From: Camelus dromedarius
Lineage: Eukaryota
Assembly: GCF_036321535.1 (NCBI RefSeq)
Contig: NC_087437.1
Span: 77,750,001-77,814,000 of the forward strand
Reading direction: 5' to 3'
Length of the DNA stretch: 64,000 nucleotides
Both the position numbers and the translations under genes were made by a program. This document shows positions 11,867 to 23,870 of the stretch, piece by piece (position 1 is the stretch's first letter; each line of letters starts with the position of its first letter). The notes beneath the pieces are model-generated. The model was given only the letters and a program-made list of their open reading frames with translations. It was not told the origin of the DNA and searched no databases.

Positions 11867-12079
11867 ATGACTAAGCTAACCTTGGAGTCCAAGAGTTCTT
11901 GTTGGTTGACTATCTGAATACATCAATACTATTCTCACTAAACCTTTGGATTTTGTCACAGGTTTACAACGCAAATCCTTGCCCTGCATCATTCCTTCAT
12001 TAAGAGAAATATGTTAGACTAGTACCTTAAATTTCCATATTTATTCACTTACGCAAGAAATAAGTCATCAAACTTTAAT

Positions 12080-12315
12080 AGCTATTAATTAGTAACTATA
12101 TACCAGGTACTTTCTTTGGGCTTCCCATGCATTAATGGATGTAATACTCACAACAACCCTGTAAACTAGACTTACAACATTGGCTCCATTTCAGATTAGA
12201 CAATGGAGGCAGAGGCTGGTTAAATAGCTGGTCTAAGGCCCCAGCTAGTGTATCTCAGCAGCGCCAAGACTGGAGCTTCACAGCCTGGCTCCGTTAATAC
12301 TGCACTATATCACTC
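12080..12315 (-). mobile_element. MIR SINE
   Basis: ctcacaacaaccctgtaa...ccatttcagattagacaatggaggcagagg core. Confidence 0.7.
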
Positions 12316-13009
12316 TCGACAGAGATGCCTCTTCTGTACCAGCAAGAGAGAAGCCGGTGCTGGTGAAGAGGTGGTGGGAGTAGGGTGGGCAGGCTGCACA
12401 GGGAGCTGTGATCTCCATTCGTGGGGACGTTACCGTGCAGTAGGGGAGAAAGGAATCCATCTTTCCTCTGTGTTTGCGCCCTTTCACTCCTTTCAAATCT
12501 GCTCTCTGTCTCAGGTTACAACCAGTTAGAGGTTGTGCACTGTGTCTGCAAATCCATACTGCTTCTAGAGCATGTGGTACCTCACATGTATCTCATCAGT
12601 TTATTCCTGAAGCTTCCTGTTTCAGTAACGATTTGAAAATGGCCACTATTGCTTGTTTCCACTGCCACTGTGCCACTTCAGTTTGGGTGAAAACTGTTCC
12701 CTGGGCTATCATTGGGAACGTCTATGATCACAGAAGTTTTTCACCACCTGTATTCCATTTTTCTAGGCACCAAGTTTGACTCCAGGGTGAATTAGATGGT
12801 AGTCTCCCAGACCTTTGGAATTTTAGGGGTACAGACAGACTTTGTCCACGTAGGCCTCACCTTCATTTTCCCATCTTTATCAGGAACCAGAAATAGCTCA
12901 GAATTACCTGCTGTGAGCTGGATGATGGGGGGAGAGCACAGACGGTGCTTGCGGCCTCTCCTCCTCCTGCTTCCAGCTGCCCCTACTAGAGCTTAGCAGC
13001 CCCACCGTC

Positions 13010-13245
13010 CTAATAGCTTACCCTCTTCACACAATTACCAAGTGCCAAGAACCAGAGAAGTATTCTGATAAGAGTCACTGCATGTAACCCTCACAACAGT
13101 GTAAGGAAGACCATCATCATTCTCACTTTATCCTTGATCAAATGGGGATTAATCTACTTGTCCAGAAGCCCCCAGAGAGTACACGGTAGAACTTGTCAGA
13201 CTGACTCCAGCCAGACCCCTATTTTAAAGTACCGTGTCATACCAC
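13010..13245 (-). mobile_element. MIR SINE
   Basis: ctaatagctta...ccaagtgcc...ctcacaacagtgtaagg...cttgtccagaag...tcagactgactccag. Confidence 0.6.
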
Positions 13246-14234
13246 CCTTCGGGTCTAACTTTTGCACATTTCTATTCTGCAGAAAATTCATTCCTGCAGG
13301 TATCTGAGAGGAAAAAATGGTGTGGTTCAATAAACCTAAGAAATGTGCCAAATTCAGACAATTCATAATGTATCTTAATATAGCAAAGGCTCTGAGAAGT
13401 ATTGCAATAAAAATACTTCTGAAAAATTATTTGACCATCAAATATTTTCCTATTCAAATACCTTTTAACATTTCAAGGAAGTAGGGAAAATGTGCCAATT
13501 GTGTTCCGTGAAACATGTCAGCTTTAATCTTGCAAACTATTGGGAGTCTCTTGAAAACTGTGCCACACAGACACCTTTTGTTGGTTTTGGCAATTAAATT
13601 AGGATATTTTATCAGTCAGAGCTACCTAGCCTTTCCACCTCACCTACAGCGATATTACCCTCCATTTCCAGACCCATCTATACCTTGATACCTGAGAAAA
13701 TGATTTTGTTATCTGCAAGAAATGAATAAAATAAGCAGTGTCAAATTTAAAAAGGACCAACCACATCAACTCAGTTCTAAGACCAAGTACCAGAAACAGG
13801 CTTCTAATGCAGGTGACTGATTCTGAGTGAGCATTTGGGTGTTCTGGCTACTGTGCCTCTGCAGTAACCACACCAAACAAAACAAGTACGTAGAGAAAGG
13901 CTGCTGTCTTTCCCCAAGTTCTGTCCTATCTTCCACTAATTCTGCTCTGGAACTCCACCTTTTCTTCTGCCTTGAACACTTCAGCGTGAATACTGCAGAC
14001 TAATACGATCTAAGAATTACGTGTTTATTGGCTTTACTTTAAAATAGCATTTGTTATGCAAGACTCAGGAATTATTCTTTTGACATATTCAACACATTAT
14101 TTCTACCTTCCTACGTTTATACCCACAGTTGAATATTGCCATTATGTTCATTTGAAATTCACATTTACTCACAGAAGGAATTTTCTCTCAAACACTAGAG
14201 GCAATCAACCAAGTCCAAGGTAGGTCACACTTAC

Positions 14235-14335
14235 ATATTTCCATTTGCCAAACATGAGATTCTGAGGTACATCGAGTCGGCAAGGCATAATAATGGTATC
14301 TCCATACGCTGAGTTTACAGTATACCATCCAAGAC
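14235..14335 (-). CDS. ALCAM: ALCAM/CD166 exon 2 (101 bp): end of signal peptide and start of Ig V-domain 1
   Basis: The minus strand reads (G)LGWYTVNSAYGDTIIMPCRLDVPQNLMFGKWKY, matching the ALCAM N-terminus. Acceptor is a pyrimidine tract plus ctgaag|; donor is |gtaagt. Phase 1 to phase 0. Confidence 0.98.
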
Positions 14336-15372
14336 CTTCAGAAAAAAGGGAAAAAAGAGAGAGAGAGATTTTTAAGTGTTTCCTTGAAGTAACAAAGTAA
14401 ACAACTTCAGTTCAAGATGTATGTCTTAACGAAGATTATTATAATTTTATCTTAAATGGCATGCAACAAGTATGTGGTTAGAACATATTTCCTATTTAAA
14501 TATCAACAGGTCTTATTTAGCTACTAAGCCTTTGAATGTCACACAATTCAAATCTAGAGACCCCTCCCGTTTTGCCAGCGAATAGATAAGTAGCATGTGA
14601 CAAAGGAACAGAGTGGAATTTGAGGGTGTATTTTCTCCACTGTATTTCATTAAAAAAAAAATTCACTGTATTTCATGGAAGTGTAGGGCTATACAAAGAT
14701 TGACATGCTTAAAATTCTCAAAACTAGCTTTAAATAAACTTGTGTCTTTCATTTGAAAATATTATCAAATTTAACTTCTGGAAAACTTTTTAAACTATTA
14801 AATAACTAAGAACTTACACATGAAAGACTACAACTGGATTTTAATGACAAGTAGAAGAATGAGCATTGAAAATGGCCTACTTTAGAGGAGCAATGGTTAA
14901 AACACTAGTTTTAATTTGAATTATACGTAAAATATTAACACAATAAGAATGTGTAGTATGAAAATTCTTTGGAAAGCGTTTACAAAGTGATTGCCTTGCA
15001 TTTTTGGTAGACAATCTAATTTTAGCTATAGCTGCTCCTAAGGTACAGAAAACTTCCTGGTCTTATTTAATTCTTTATTGAGAAAAACTATAAATGATAA
15101 ATAATTAAGTTGTCAGCAGTACTCACATTTTTGCATATATTAAAAACACGCTATTCAAAAGCATGCTATATATTCATGAAATTAAAAAAAAACCAGGCAT
15201 TTAACTTGGCAATAGTATAGTACTTAGGAAATTTCTCAGATCTCTTTACCTTATTTTGTTTACAATTATCCTTAAGGTTAAATATTTTTACAATCAAATA
15301 TCTGTTAAGATATGTCATAATTGGAGACAGTGTGATGGAGCTATTTTAAACTGTGGAGGAAAAATGATATTT

Positions 15373-15391
15373 TGTCCACCAGGTGGTGCTA
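15373..15391 (+). promoter_or_regulatory. CTCF-binding motif
   Basis: TGTCCACCAGGTGGTGCTA closely matches the CTCF core consensus TGGCCACCAGGGGGCGCTA. Confidence 0.6.
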
Positions 15392-16008
15392 AAATGCAAA
15401 GCTAAGGCAATTTGCAACATATAAATAAGACCATCATAGGACTTTCTGAAAAAAGACAGGGTGGATACTATCTTTCACTGTTACTCATCAATCACAATAT
15501 GTACAAAAATGTCAAGTAAGGATAAAATCATTAACATTAGTAAATAAAGAAAAAGGTAATAAAATTCCTATTTTAAAATTCTGTCAATTGAGGAAGCTAC
15601 TTTTCTTTAAAGCAATTTTACTCCAGTGAACAAAAACATTACAAAGAACACAAATTTCATGTAAAAATGCCACATAACAACTGGTTTCCAGCATATTAAA
15701 TAAAGAATACAAAATATAAGCCATGAGAATGTGTTTTCATTTTGCTATTCGAGACAAAGGTTTTACTAAAACCGTTCATTATGTATTTATTTTATAATGG
15801 AAACTTACAATTTTTATCAATAATTTTTAATTGTTCAGTGTCCTCCATACTTTAACTTTAATTTCTTTTTATTTTAAACCAGTAAAGAGCATAAGACTGT
15901 AAATAAATAAATAGTCTCTTCAGCCTTGTTAAAATAAAAGTTGTGAGGGTTTAGACATGTGGCTGCAGACCGGCAAACCAAAGACAGTTAAGAAATTGCT
16001 TTATTTCA

Positions 16009-18233
16009 TGGTACTCAACGGTGAAAAACTCAAAAGCTTCCCACTAAAATCTGGGACAAGACAAGGCTACCCACTCTCACCACTCCTATTCAACACAGTC
16101 TTGGAAGTCCTAGCCACAGCAATCAGGCAAGAGAGAGAAATATAAGGGATCCAAATCGGAAAAGAAGAGGTAAAAGTGTCACTATATGCAGATGTCATGA
16201 TACGATATATAGAAAACCCTAAAAGATCCACACAAAAACTACTAGAACTAATTGAAGAATTCAGCAAGGTAGCAGGTTGCAAGATTAACGTTCAAAAATC
16301 AGTTACATTTCTTTGTACTAATGATGAATAAATGGAAAAAAGAAAGTAAAGAAACAATCTCCTTTAAAATAGCACCCAAAGTAATAAAATACCTATTTTG
16401 GTATTTATTGGTAAATCTAACAAAGGAGGTGAAAGACTTATACATGGAAAACTATAAAACACTGATTTAAGGAAATTAAAGAAGACTTAAAAAAATGGGA
16501 AGATATCCCATGCTCCTGGATTAAAAGAATCAATATTGTTAAAATGGTCACACTGCCCAAGGCAATCTACAGATACAATGCAATCCCTATCAAATTACCC
16601 AGGACATATTTCACAGAACTAGAACAAATCATAGTAAAATTCATATGGAATCACAAAAGACCTAAAATTGCCAAAACATTACTGAAGAAAAAGAAAGAGG
16701 CTGGAGGAATAACTCTCCCAGACTTCAGACAATACTACAGAGCTACAGTCATCAAAACAGCATAGTATTGGTACAAAAACAGACATATGGACCAATGGAA
16801 CAGAATAGAGAGCCCAGAAATGAACCCACAAACTTTTGGTCAACCAATCTTCAACAAAGGAGGCAAGAATATACAATGGAATAAAGACAGTCTCTTCAGC
16901 AAATGGTATTGAGAAAACTGGACAGCAGCATGTAAATCAATGAAGCTAGAACACTCCCTTACACCATACACAAAAATCAACTCAAAATGGATCAACGATT
17001 TAAACATAAGACAAGATACAATAAACCTCCTAGAAGAAAATATAGGCAAAATATTATCTGATATACATCTCAAAAATGTTCTCCTAGGGCAGTCTACGCA
17101 AGCAATAGAAAGAAAAGCAAGAATAAACAAATGGGACCTGATGAAACTTACAAGCTTCTGCACAGCAAAGGAAACCATAAGTAAAACAAAAAGACAACGT
17201 ATGGAATGGGAGAAAATTTTTGCAAATGAAACTGACAAAGGCTTGATCTCCAGAATATATGAGCAGCTCATACAACTTAATAAGAAAAAAACAAACAACC
17301 CAATCCAAAAATGGGCAGAAGACCTAAACAAGCAATTCTCCAAGGAAGACATACAAATGATCAATAGGCACATGTAAAAATGCTCAATATCACTAATTAT
17401 CAGAGAAATGCAAATCAAAACTACAATGAGGTATCACCTCATACCAGTTAGAATGGCCATCATTCAAAAGTCCACAAATGACAAATGCTGGAGAGGCTGT
17501 GGAGAAAAGGGAACCCTCCTACACTGCTGGTGGGGATGCAGTTTGGTGCAGCCACTGTGGAAAACAGTATGGAGATTCCTCAAAAGACTAGAAATAGACA
17601 TACCATATGACCCAGGAATCCCGCTCCTGGACATATATCCAGAAGGAACCCTACTTCAAAATGACACCTGCACCCCAATGTTCACAGCAGCACTATTTAC
17701 AATAGCCAAGACATGGAAACAGCCTAAATGTCCATCAACAGATGACTGGATAAAGAAGGTGTGGTATATTTATACAATGGAATACTATTCAGCCATAAAA
17801 ACCAACAACATAACACCATTTGCAGCAACATGGATGTTCCTGGAGAATGTCATTCTAAGTGAAGTAAGCCAGATAGAGAAAGAAAAATACCATATGAGAT
17901 CACTCATATGTGGAATCTAAAAAAACAAAACAAAACAAAACATAAATACAAAACAGAAACAGACTCATAGACATAGAATACAAACTTGTGGTTGCCAAGG
18001 GAGTGGGGGGTGGGAAGGGACAGACTGGGATTTCAAAATGTAGAATAGATAAACAAGATTATACTGTATAGCACAGGGAAATATATACAAGATCTTATGG
18101 TAGCTCACAGAGAAAAAAAATGTAACAATGAATATATGTATGTTCATGTATAACTGAAAAATTGTGCTCTACACTGGAATTTGACACAACATTGTAAAAT
18201 GACTATAACTCAATAAAAAATGTTAAAAAAAAT
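16009..18233 (+). mobile_element. 5'-truncated, relatively young LINE-1 (camelid-type): 3' half of ORF2 plus 3' UTR, inactive
   Basis: ORF2 fragments [16 protein letters not shown] motif YADV and C-terminal CWRGC..HCWWGC, with the stop at 17918-17920. 3' UTR has AATAAA and an A tail. Exact 18-bp TSD agaaattgctttatttca at 15991-16008 and 18234-18251. Multiple frameshifts and stops. Confidence 0.97.
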
Positions 18234-20963
18234 AGAAATTGCTTTATTTCACTTGTTTTCTACAATACTTTGGATCCCAAATGTGGAAATGCTAGCATGT
18301 ATTTTAAGATCTGTTCATGCACTACACAGGGGCAGTTCTGCCAAGACATGGAAACCATTTTGTGATTTAATACTTTGTTTTCCAATAGTATATATAGCAA
18401 GACACTTGACTACATAATGACTCCAAGATGATCTGGATCTATTCTATAAATTATGGCAGGACATGCACTCTAGTTATCTCTTAGCATTATAAAAACACAC
18501 ATTCTTTTGACAACTGACGGTGCTCTCGTGGCCAGTCACGGAATGAAAACAGTTTACAGAGCTTAGGTACCAATGAGGTGAGTCCTTTGCTAGGTGCAGG
18601 GAAACAAAAAAATTCCTTTTTCAAAAAATATAATGGTTTGCTCTTTCTTATAGATCATTTTTCTTTCCTCTTCCATATAGAACTTTAATGCACTATATAT
18701 ACACCAAATTTTATAACTGATTTTGAAGCTGTGTGAATTTCAAGTACACAGTGTATTAGCATAATGAAAGTGCAGTTACACCAGGGAAGGGATCATATAT
18801 TTTTAATCTCTGTATCCCAGGGACAATGCCTGGCACTTAATGGGCATCTAATAAGACGATTTCTCATTTGAATCTTGTGGAGTCTCTTCCATTTTGGTTA
18901 TTAAATTAACATCTTTGAAAATCAGGGAGGAGTTGACAACATTGGAACTTTGAAAATCCTTAATCCTGCCACATACTGTAAAGGCTGTCATATATCGTCT
19001 TCATGGATCTGTGTTTGGATGGCACTTTCTTACGTGAAGACAAACTAACACAAAGCAAACGTTTTTATGAGTTTATGGATGAAACTACAGGAGAGAACAT
19101 TTCTCCTGTCTCTTGCAAGAGAAATTAAGGATTGATGGTGCACTGTGATTTGCCAATGATACTATGAAATACCTTTTTCCTTATTTGTGATGACCACAAA
19201 GCAGAGAGTTGTCTTTTTTTAAGTATTTGCACATTTATGGATTGAGTCTTTTAGTGACATGACAGTTTGATATCTAAAATTAGCCAGGACAGGACTCTTT
19301 ACAGCATAGCAAACACGAGGGAAATAAGACATGTGACACTAATGAGGGCAGTAGGTAAAAGGGCAGCAGTTACAGACAGAAGCCCTGGTCCACAGACTGA
19401 GGCAGAAGGAATGGCATCCGTTGGATGGCATTAGGAGCCACAGTCGTGATGATTTGAAAAATCATTTTCAAGTTTGCTATGATCATCAACTTTCTTCTTT
19501 GGGTAAGAGTATAATGACCCCCAGGTTCATCTGATAGAAAGACTAGGGCTTGCATGTCTGGGAGAGCTAATATCTCTAACACCCAAGGGATAACGTACTG
19601 CAAAGACAACTGTGACTTGGTGATAAATTAGTGTCCTGATCTCTAGAGAGGTCTCCGTCTTTGAGATGAAGTGCCAGTGACACCCAAAGACCTGCCAACA
19701 CAAGTAATTGTTTATACTTTCCACAGAAGTAAGAGATTTCATCTTTGAATTGCCAGGTCTGAATTAAATTTAGTTTACTAGAATTCCCCTGCAATTTTCT
19801 CCCTATCATAGTAGTTGCTTAAATTATTCATGGTTTTGTAGCCTAGAGATTATTGGACACTACTGGAAATATAGAATGTCTATAATGTCCTTCCTCAAAG
19901 AGGCTAAATATAAAAACTAGAATGTGTGTGTGTGCACAAGGGTATGCAGTTCTGTCTGGACATGTTAGATCTAAACTGGGCTAAGTCACTTTCTGTGTTA
20001 AGCGTGTACTAAAAATTTAAGGTAATATTATGAATTATTTGTTGCTATCAAAATGTCCTGATATAAAATAAAACATGAAAATGTATTACATCTGAGAAGC
20101 AGTGTGCAATTATGTAATCATTCTTATGAAGAGTTATTAGCTAAAGATGAAAAAAAGCCAATAGAACTAGAAAGGCTACATAGGGGAATTCAGTGGGAAT
20201 AAAATGAGCGTAAGTCTCTTGACCAGATAATTCTGACACACAGAATTCTCAGGCAAGTGATCATAAAATACAAGATAATTATAGTTATGCATTTTATACA
20301 GCAAATAATTTAAAGAGGCACTGAAACAGACTCTGGTAAACTTTTGAAGTTAGGCGACACTTTTTATTTCTAATTAAAATAATTAAACTAATAATTTTGG
20401 CCATATTTATGAGAATTTCTTTTTCTATATAAAGTAATTCTTAAGGACGATCAAGGTCAGAGTCATCATTCTCTTTGCATCACTGACAAATAGACATTTG
20501 AGTTGAGGTTGCTTAAAAATCAGAATCTGCTCCCACATTTCAAGCAGAAGTATAGCAAATAATATATAATAAAGCAGCCCCAGAATTCATTGGAGTCTAT
20601 TTTACATGCTGTAATTTAGGGTGGTTAATTATGTTTTATTGCACTGATACTTTAATAGCATCATCAGCTTTAAAGCATTTTTTTTCTTTAGGCTTGGAAG
20701 TCTGGTAGGTGCCATAGAAGGGTTAATCACATTACAACTGGCTCAGAGCTCATGACATGAGAACTAAATTCCAGGTCTACAGAAATTTTAGAGAAATTTT
20801 TATTTGTGCAAATGAATGGTGGGGGACAAAGTAGGTAAAAATGAGAGTTATCCTTAGAAATTCCTTTCATATTTATTTGACTGATTTTTGACAGATAAAC
20901 ATGCTAGTGTCCCTGTGTGCTTTATTAATGAATTAAGATTTGTACAACTCTAATTAAAACAGG

Positions 20964-21180
20964 CAGTGTTTCTCAGCCTCACCACCACTGACATTTGGAG
21001 CTGGATAAATCTTTACTGTCGGGGGCTGGCCTAGGCATGTTCAGCAGCATCCCTGTCTCTGCCCGCCAGATGACAGTAGCACCCGCTCCCAGCCTTGACA
21101 ACAAGAAAGTCTTCAGACCTGACAAATGACCTCTGGGAGGCAAAGCTGCTCCCCTAGATCCCACCTAGTTGAGAACTATG
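20964..21180 (-). mobile_element. MER20 hAT-Charlie MITE
   Basis: cagtgtttctcagcctc...tgacatttgg...cagcagcatccctg...ttgagaac matches the reverse complement of MER20. Confidence 0.85.
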
Positions 21181-21728
21181 GTTTAGACCTTCAACGATTG
21201 GCTTCACTCATTTAATAAAACTAGAGTTTCCAAAAAAGAGATCGTTGTTGTAAAACAGAATCTTAGTGTGGAACTGAAGAATCACTGAATATGAATGAAG
21301 GGATAGAGGCAGCAACGGCACATAACAACATCAGGTTATTATCAAATTTGTTTTCCTAGCAGAAACATATTATGTTAAACTAAAATAGGAGGATTGGTTT
21401 CTGACTTTGAAATATTGGGATCCAATCCAAACCAAGAAATTACAAAAAAAATACTGTTTCAGTAAGTCTACTTCATGTACTATAATCAAGCACAAACTGT
21501 ACTGATAAACATACTATCTAAAGGTACATACCACATATGTTTTATTTAATATGATAAAATATCATAGCTCTACTAACAGAGGGTAAAGCTCATGCTTTTA
21601 AAGAGTCTTCCAAACTTAATTTTATAATTCAATGACACAAGGTTATCTTTTCTCATAATACCTCCCATAAGTTCACTAGAGTTTAAAATTTTTGTCAAGG
21701 TCATGTAATGTATAACAAGTAAGATTTG

Positions 21729-21731
<3 letters not shown>

Positions 21732-21785
<54 letters not shown>
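21732..21785. repeat. (TG)27 microsatellite
   Basis: Read directly from the sequence. Confidence 0.95.
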
Positions 21786-21787
<2 letters not shown>

Positions 21788-22714
21788 TGACACAAGGGCC
21801 TATAATTCCCAAGTAACTTGGAATACATGGCAGGTGGGAGAAAACATCTGATGGAATCTAATGTCATTTTGAGAAACAGAGAAAACAGTTATTCAGCTTC
21901 CTTTTTCTTTTTCAATTTCCTTTCACCAACTTGGGTAGTTGGAGGCCAAATTGGGTGTTTGCTGGATGTGAGGTAGGAATACATTTGTTCAAAATTCACT
22001 TTCTGCATTGCCTTTCAGAAGTATCATATATTATAATAGAAGTATAACAGTGTAATGCCAACGAATAAGACAAAGAGTAACTCTTCCTTCATCAAGACTT
22101 GTTGTGAATGAAAAATAAGCCACAAAACAATAGAGTGTGACCCTTTGATCTTAAATAAATAAATAAATAAATGCATATGAAAAAAAGTAATGCTTCCTTT
22201 CTCTTTCTCTCACTAGTTCCTACAATTCTTAAATGCACTATATTATATCTTTTAGATAAATGGTTATGCCACTGTGGAATAATATTTAGATGGAAAAAGA
22301 CCCTCTTACTAAATTATAAAATACTGCTAGTACTCAAGAATATGTTTTAATATATGTTCTTTACACGACTTCCAAGTTTGGTATATTATAATGCTCAAAA
22401 TATTTATCTTTTTAGTAGAGTACAGGTCAATGTAATAATCCATATTATGTCATAGAAGGGAGATCTGTAAAAACAATACAGTTTTAAAAATACCAATACT
22501 TACATTACTGTGCTGAAAACTAGCTTCTCAGTTTACCATATGCCTCATTACACTCTAAGCACAGAATGATCTATGAGGACAGATAAGTCACAATTCTTCC
22601 CCATTAGTTTAGGTTTTGCCCATCTCTGCTACATTTCTATCATTGTTCCTTGGGCCTGTCTGCCCTGGCTGAATTCCTACATATCCTTCAAGGCCTATGT
22701 CAAAAGTCCGCTAC

Positions 22715-23000
22715 TTATACATTCAATCATGCATCAAGTATTTACTGAATACCTACTACAGGCAAAGAGCTAGACACTCTTTGTAGGGGAAACGTATAGT
22801 AAAATAACAAGGCCTGCTCCTCCAGGAACATGACAGAATTTGTATGAGCTGCTTAATAGGTAAACCAAGTGGTACGGCCATGCAGAGAAAAGAATTCCAG
22901 CAATGAGCATGGGGATATTGGTTAAGGCTTCTTAGAGGAAATTTCATTTGATCTGAACACTGAACAAAAGTTTCTATAAATTGGAGGATGAGAACTACTT
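22715..23000 (-). mobile_element. L2 3'-end fragment
   Basis: cattcaatcatgcatcaagtatttactgaatacctactac is the reverse complement of the L2 tail. Confidence 0.6.
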
Positions 23001-23417
23001 CCCAGTTTATCATAGCCAGGAACCATGTAGACACACTGAGTGATACTTGGTTTTCTCTCTCCTGGCAGACTCCGTTTTTTATTGTAATAATTTCTGCAGA
23101 GTAGATCTTTGATCTTCATAAGGAGTATGTCCTAAGACTGCCAGTTTTCCCAAATTCATAAATGCACATAAAATTTTCCTAATAAAATGCAATAAACTGT
23201 TAGATCTTTTTACTTTTTCTTTACATTTATCATCAACACTAGCATTTGGTTTCCATTGATTCCATTTGGGGTCACTTTTAAATTATTAGCAGAAATTTTA
23301 TTTAGAAATGATTTAAAAGCAACAGAAATGATTTAATTTGTGACCCTTAATTTTATTTTTGAGCAATGTCTTGTGAATTTTAAATTAGCAAACATACAGA
23401 TTCTACTGTGATTATTA

Positions 23418-23585
23418 GAATTTCTTAACTTGGGATCCATGAATGGACATTAGGGTGTCTATAAATCCTCTACAGTTATTTAAAAAAAACCCAAATTGTG
23501 ATATACTAAAACATCTGCTTTACAGAAAGAGAATTCAAAGATTTCATCAGATTGTCAAAGGTAACTCTGAATAAAAAAATGAATG
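23418..23585. mobile_element. Degenerate hAT-Charlie-type MITE
   Basis: tttcttaacttgggatccatg...tttcatcagattgtcaaagg resembles non-autonomous Charlie elements. Confidence 0.45.
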
Positions 23586-23619
23586 TTTGACGTTCATTCT
23601 AAATTGAGTAGAACATATG

Positions 23620-23870
23620 GGAGCACAATTTGATGGTATCTATCAAATTCTAAAATGCGAATACCCTTTGATCTAGTCATTTTACCAGTGAGAATCCATC
23701 CTACAAAAAGTTTTTGCACGAGTGCATGATTATATACAAAGATCACACAGCATTATTTTGAATATTAAAAAACTGGATGAACCTAAATGTTCATTAAAAC
23801 AGAAATATAAATCAGTGTATATCCACACGATGCTCTATATAAACTCACTGAAAATTAATGAGAGCCAACT
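23620..23870 (+). mobile_element. Ancient L1 (L1ME-like) fragment
   Basis: ataccctttgatctag...cagcattattt...aaaaactgga...acctaaatgttcat resembles the end of L1 ORF2. Confidence 0.6.

Noticed and set aside
16544..17920. ORFs of 73-192 aa as host genes or an active retroelement
   Set aside because: They are broken L1 ORF2 pieces and their antisense shadows. The element is 5'-truncated and the RT Asp is mutated.
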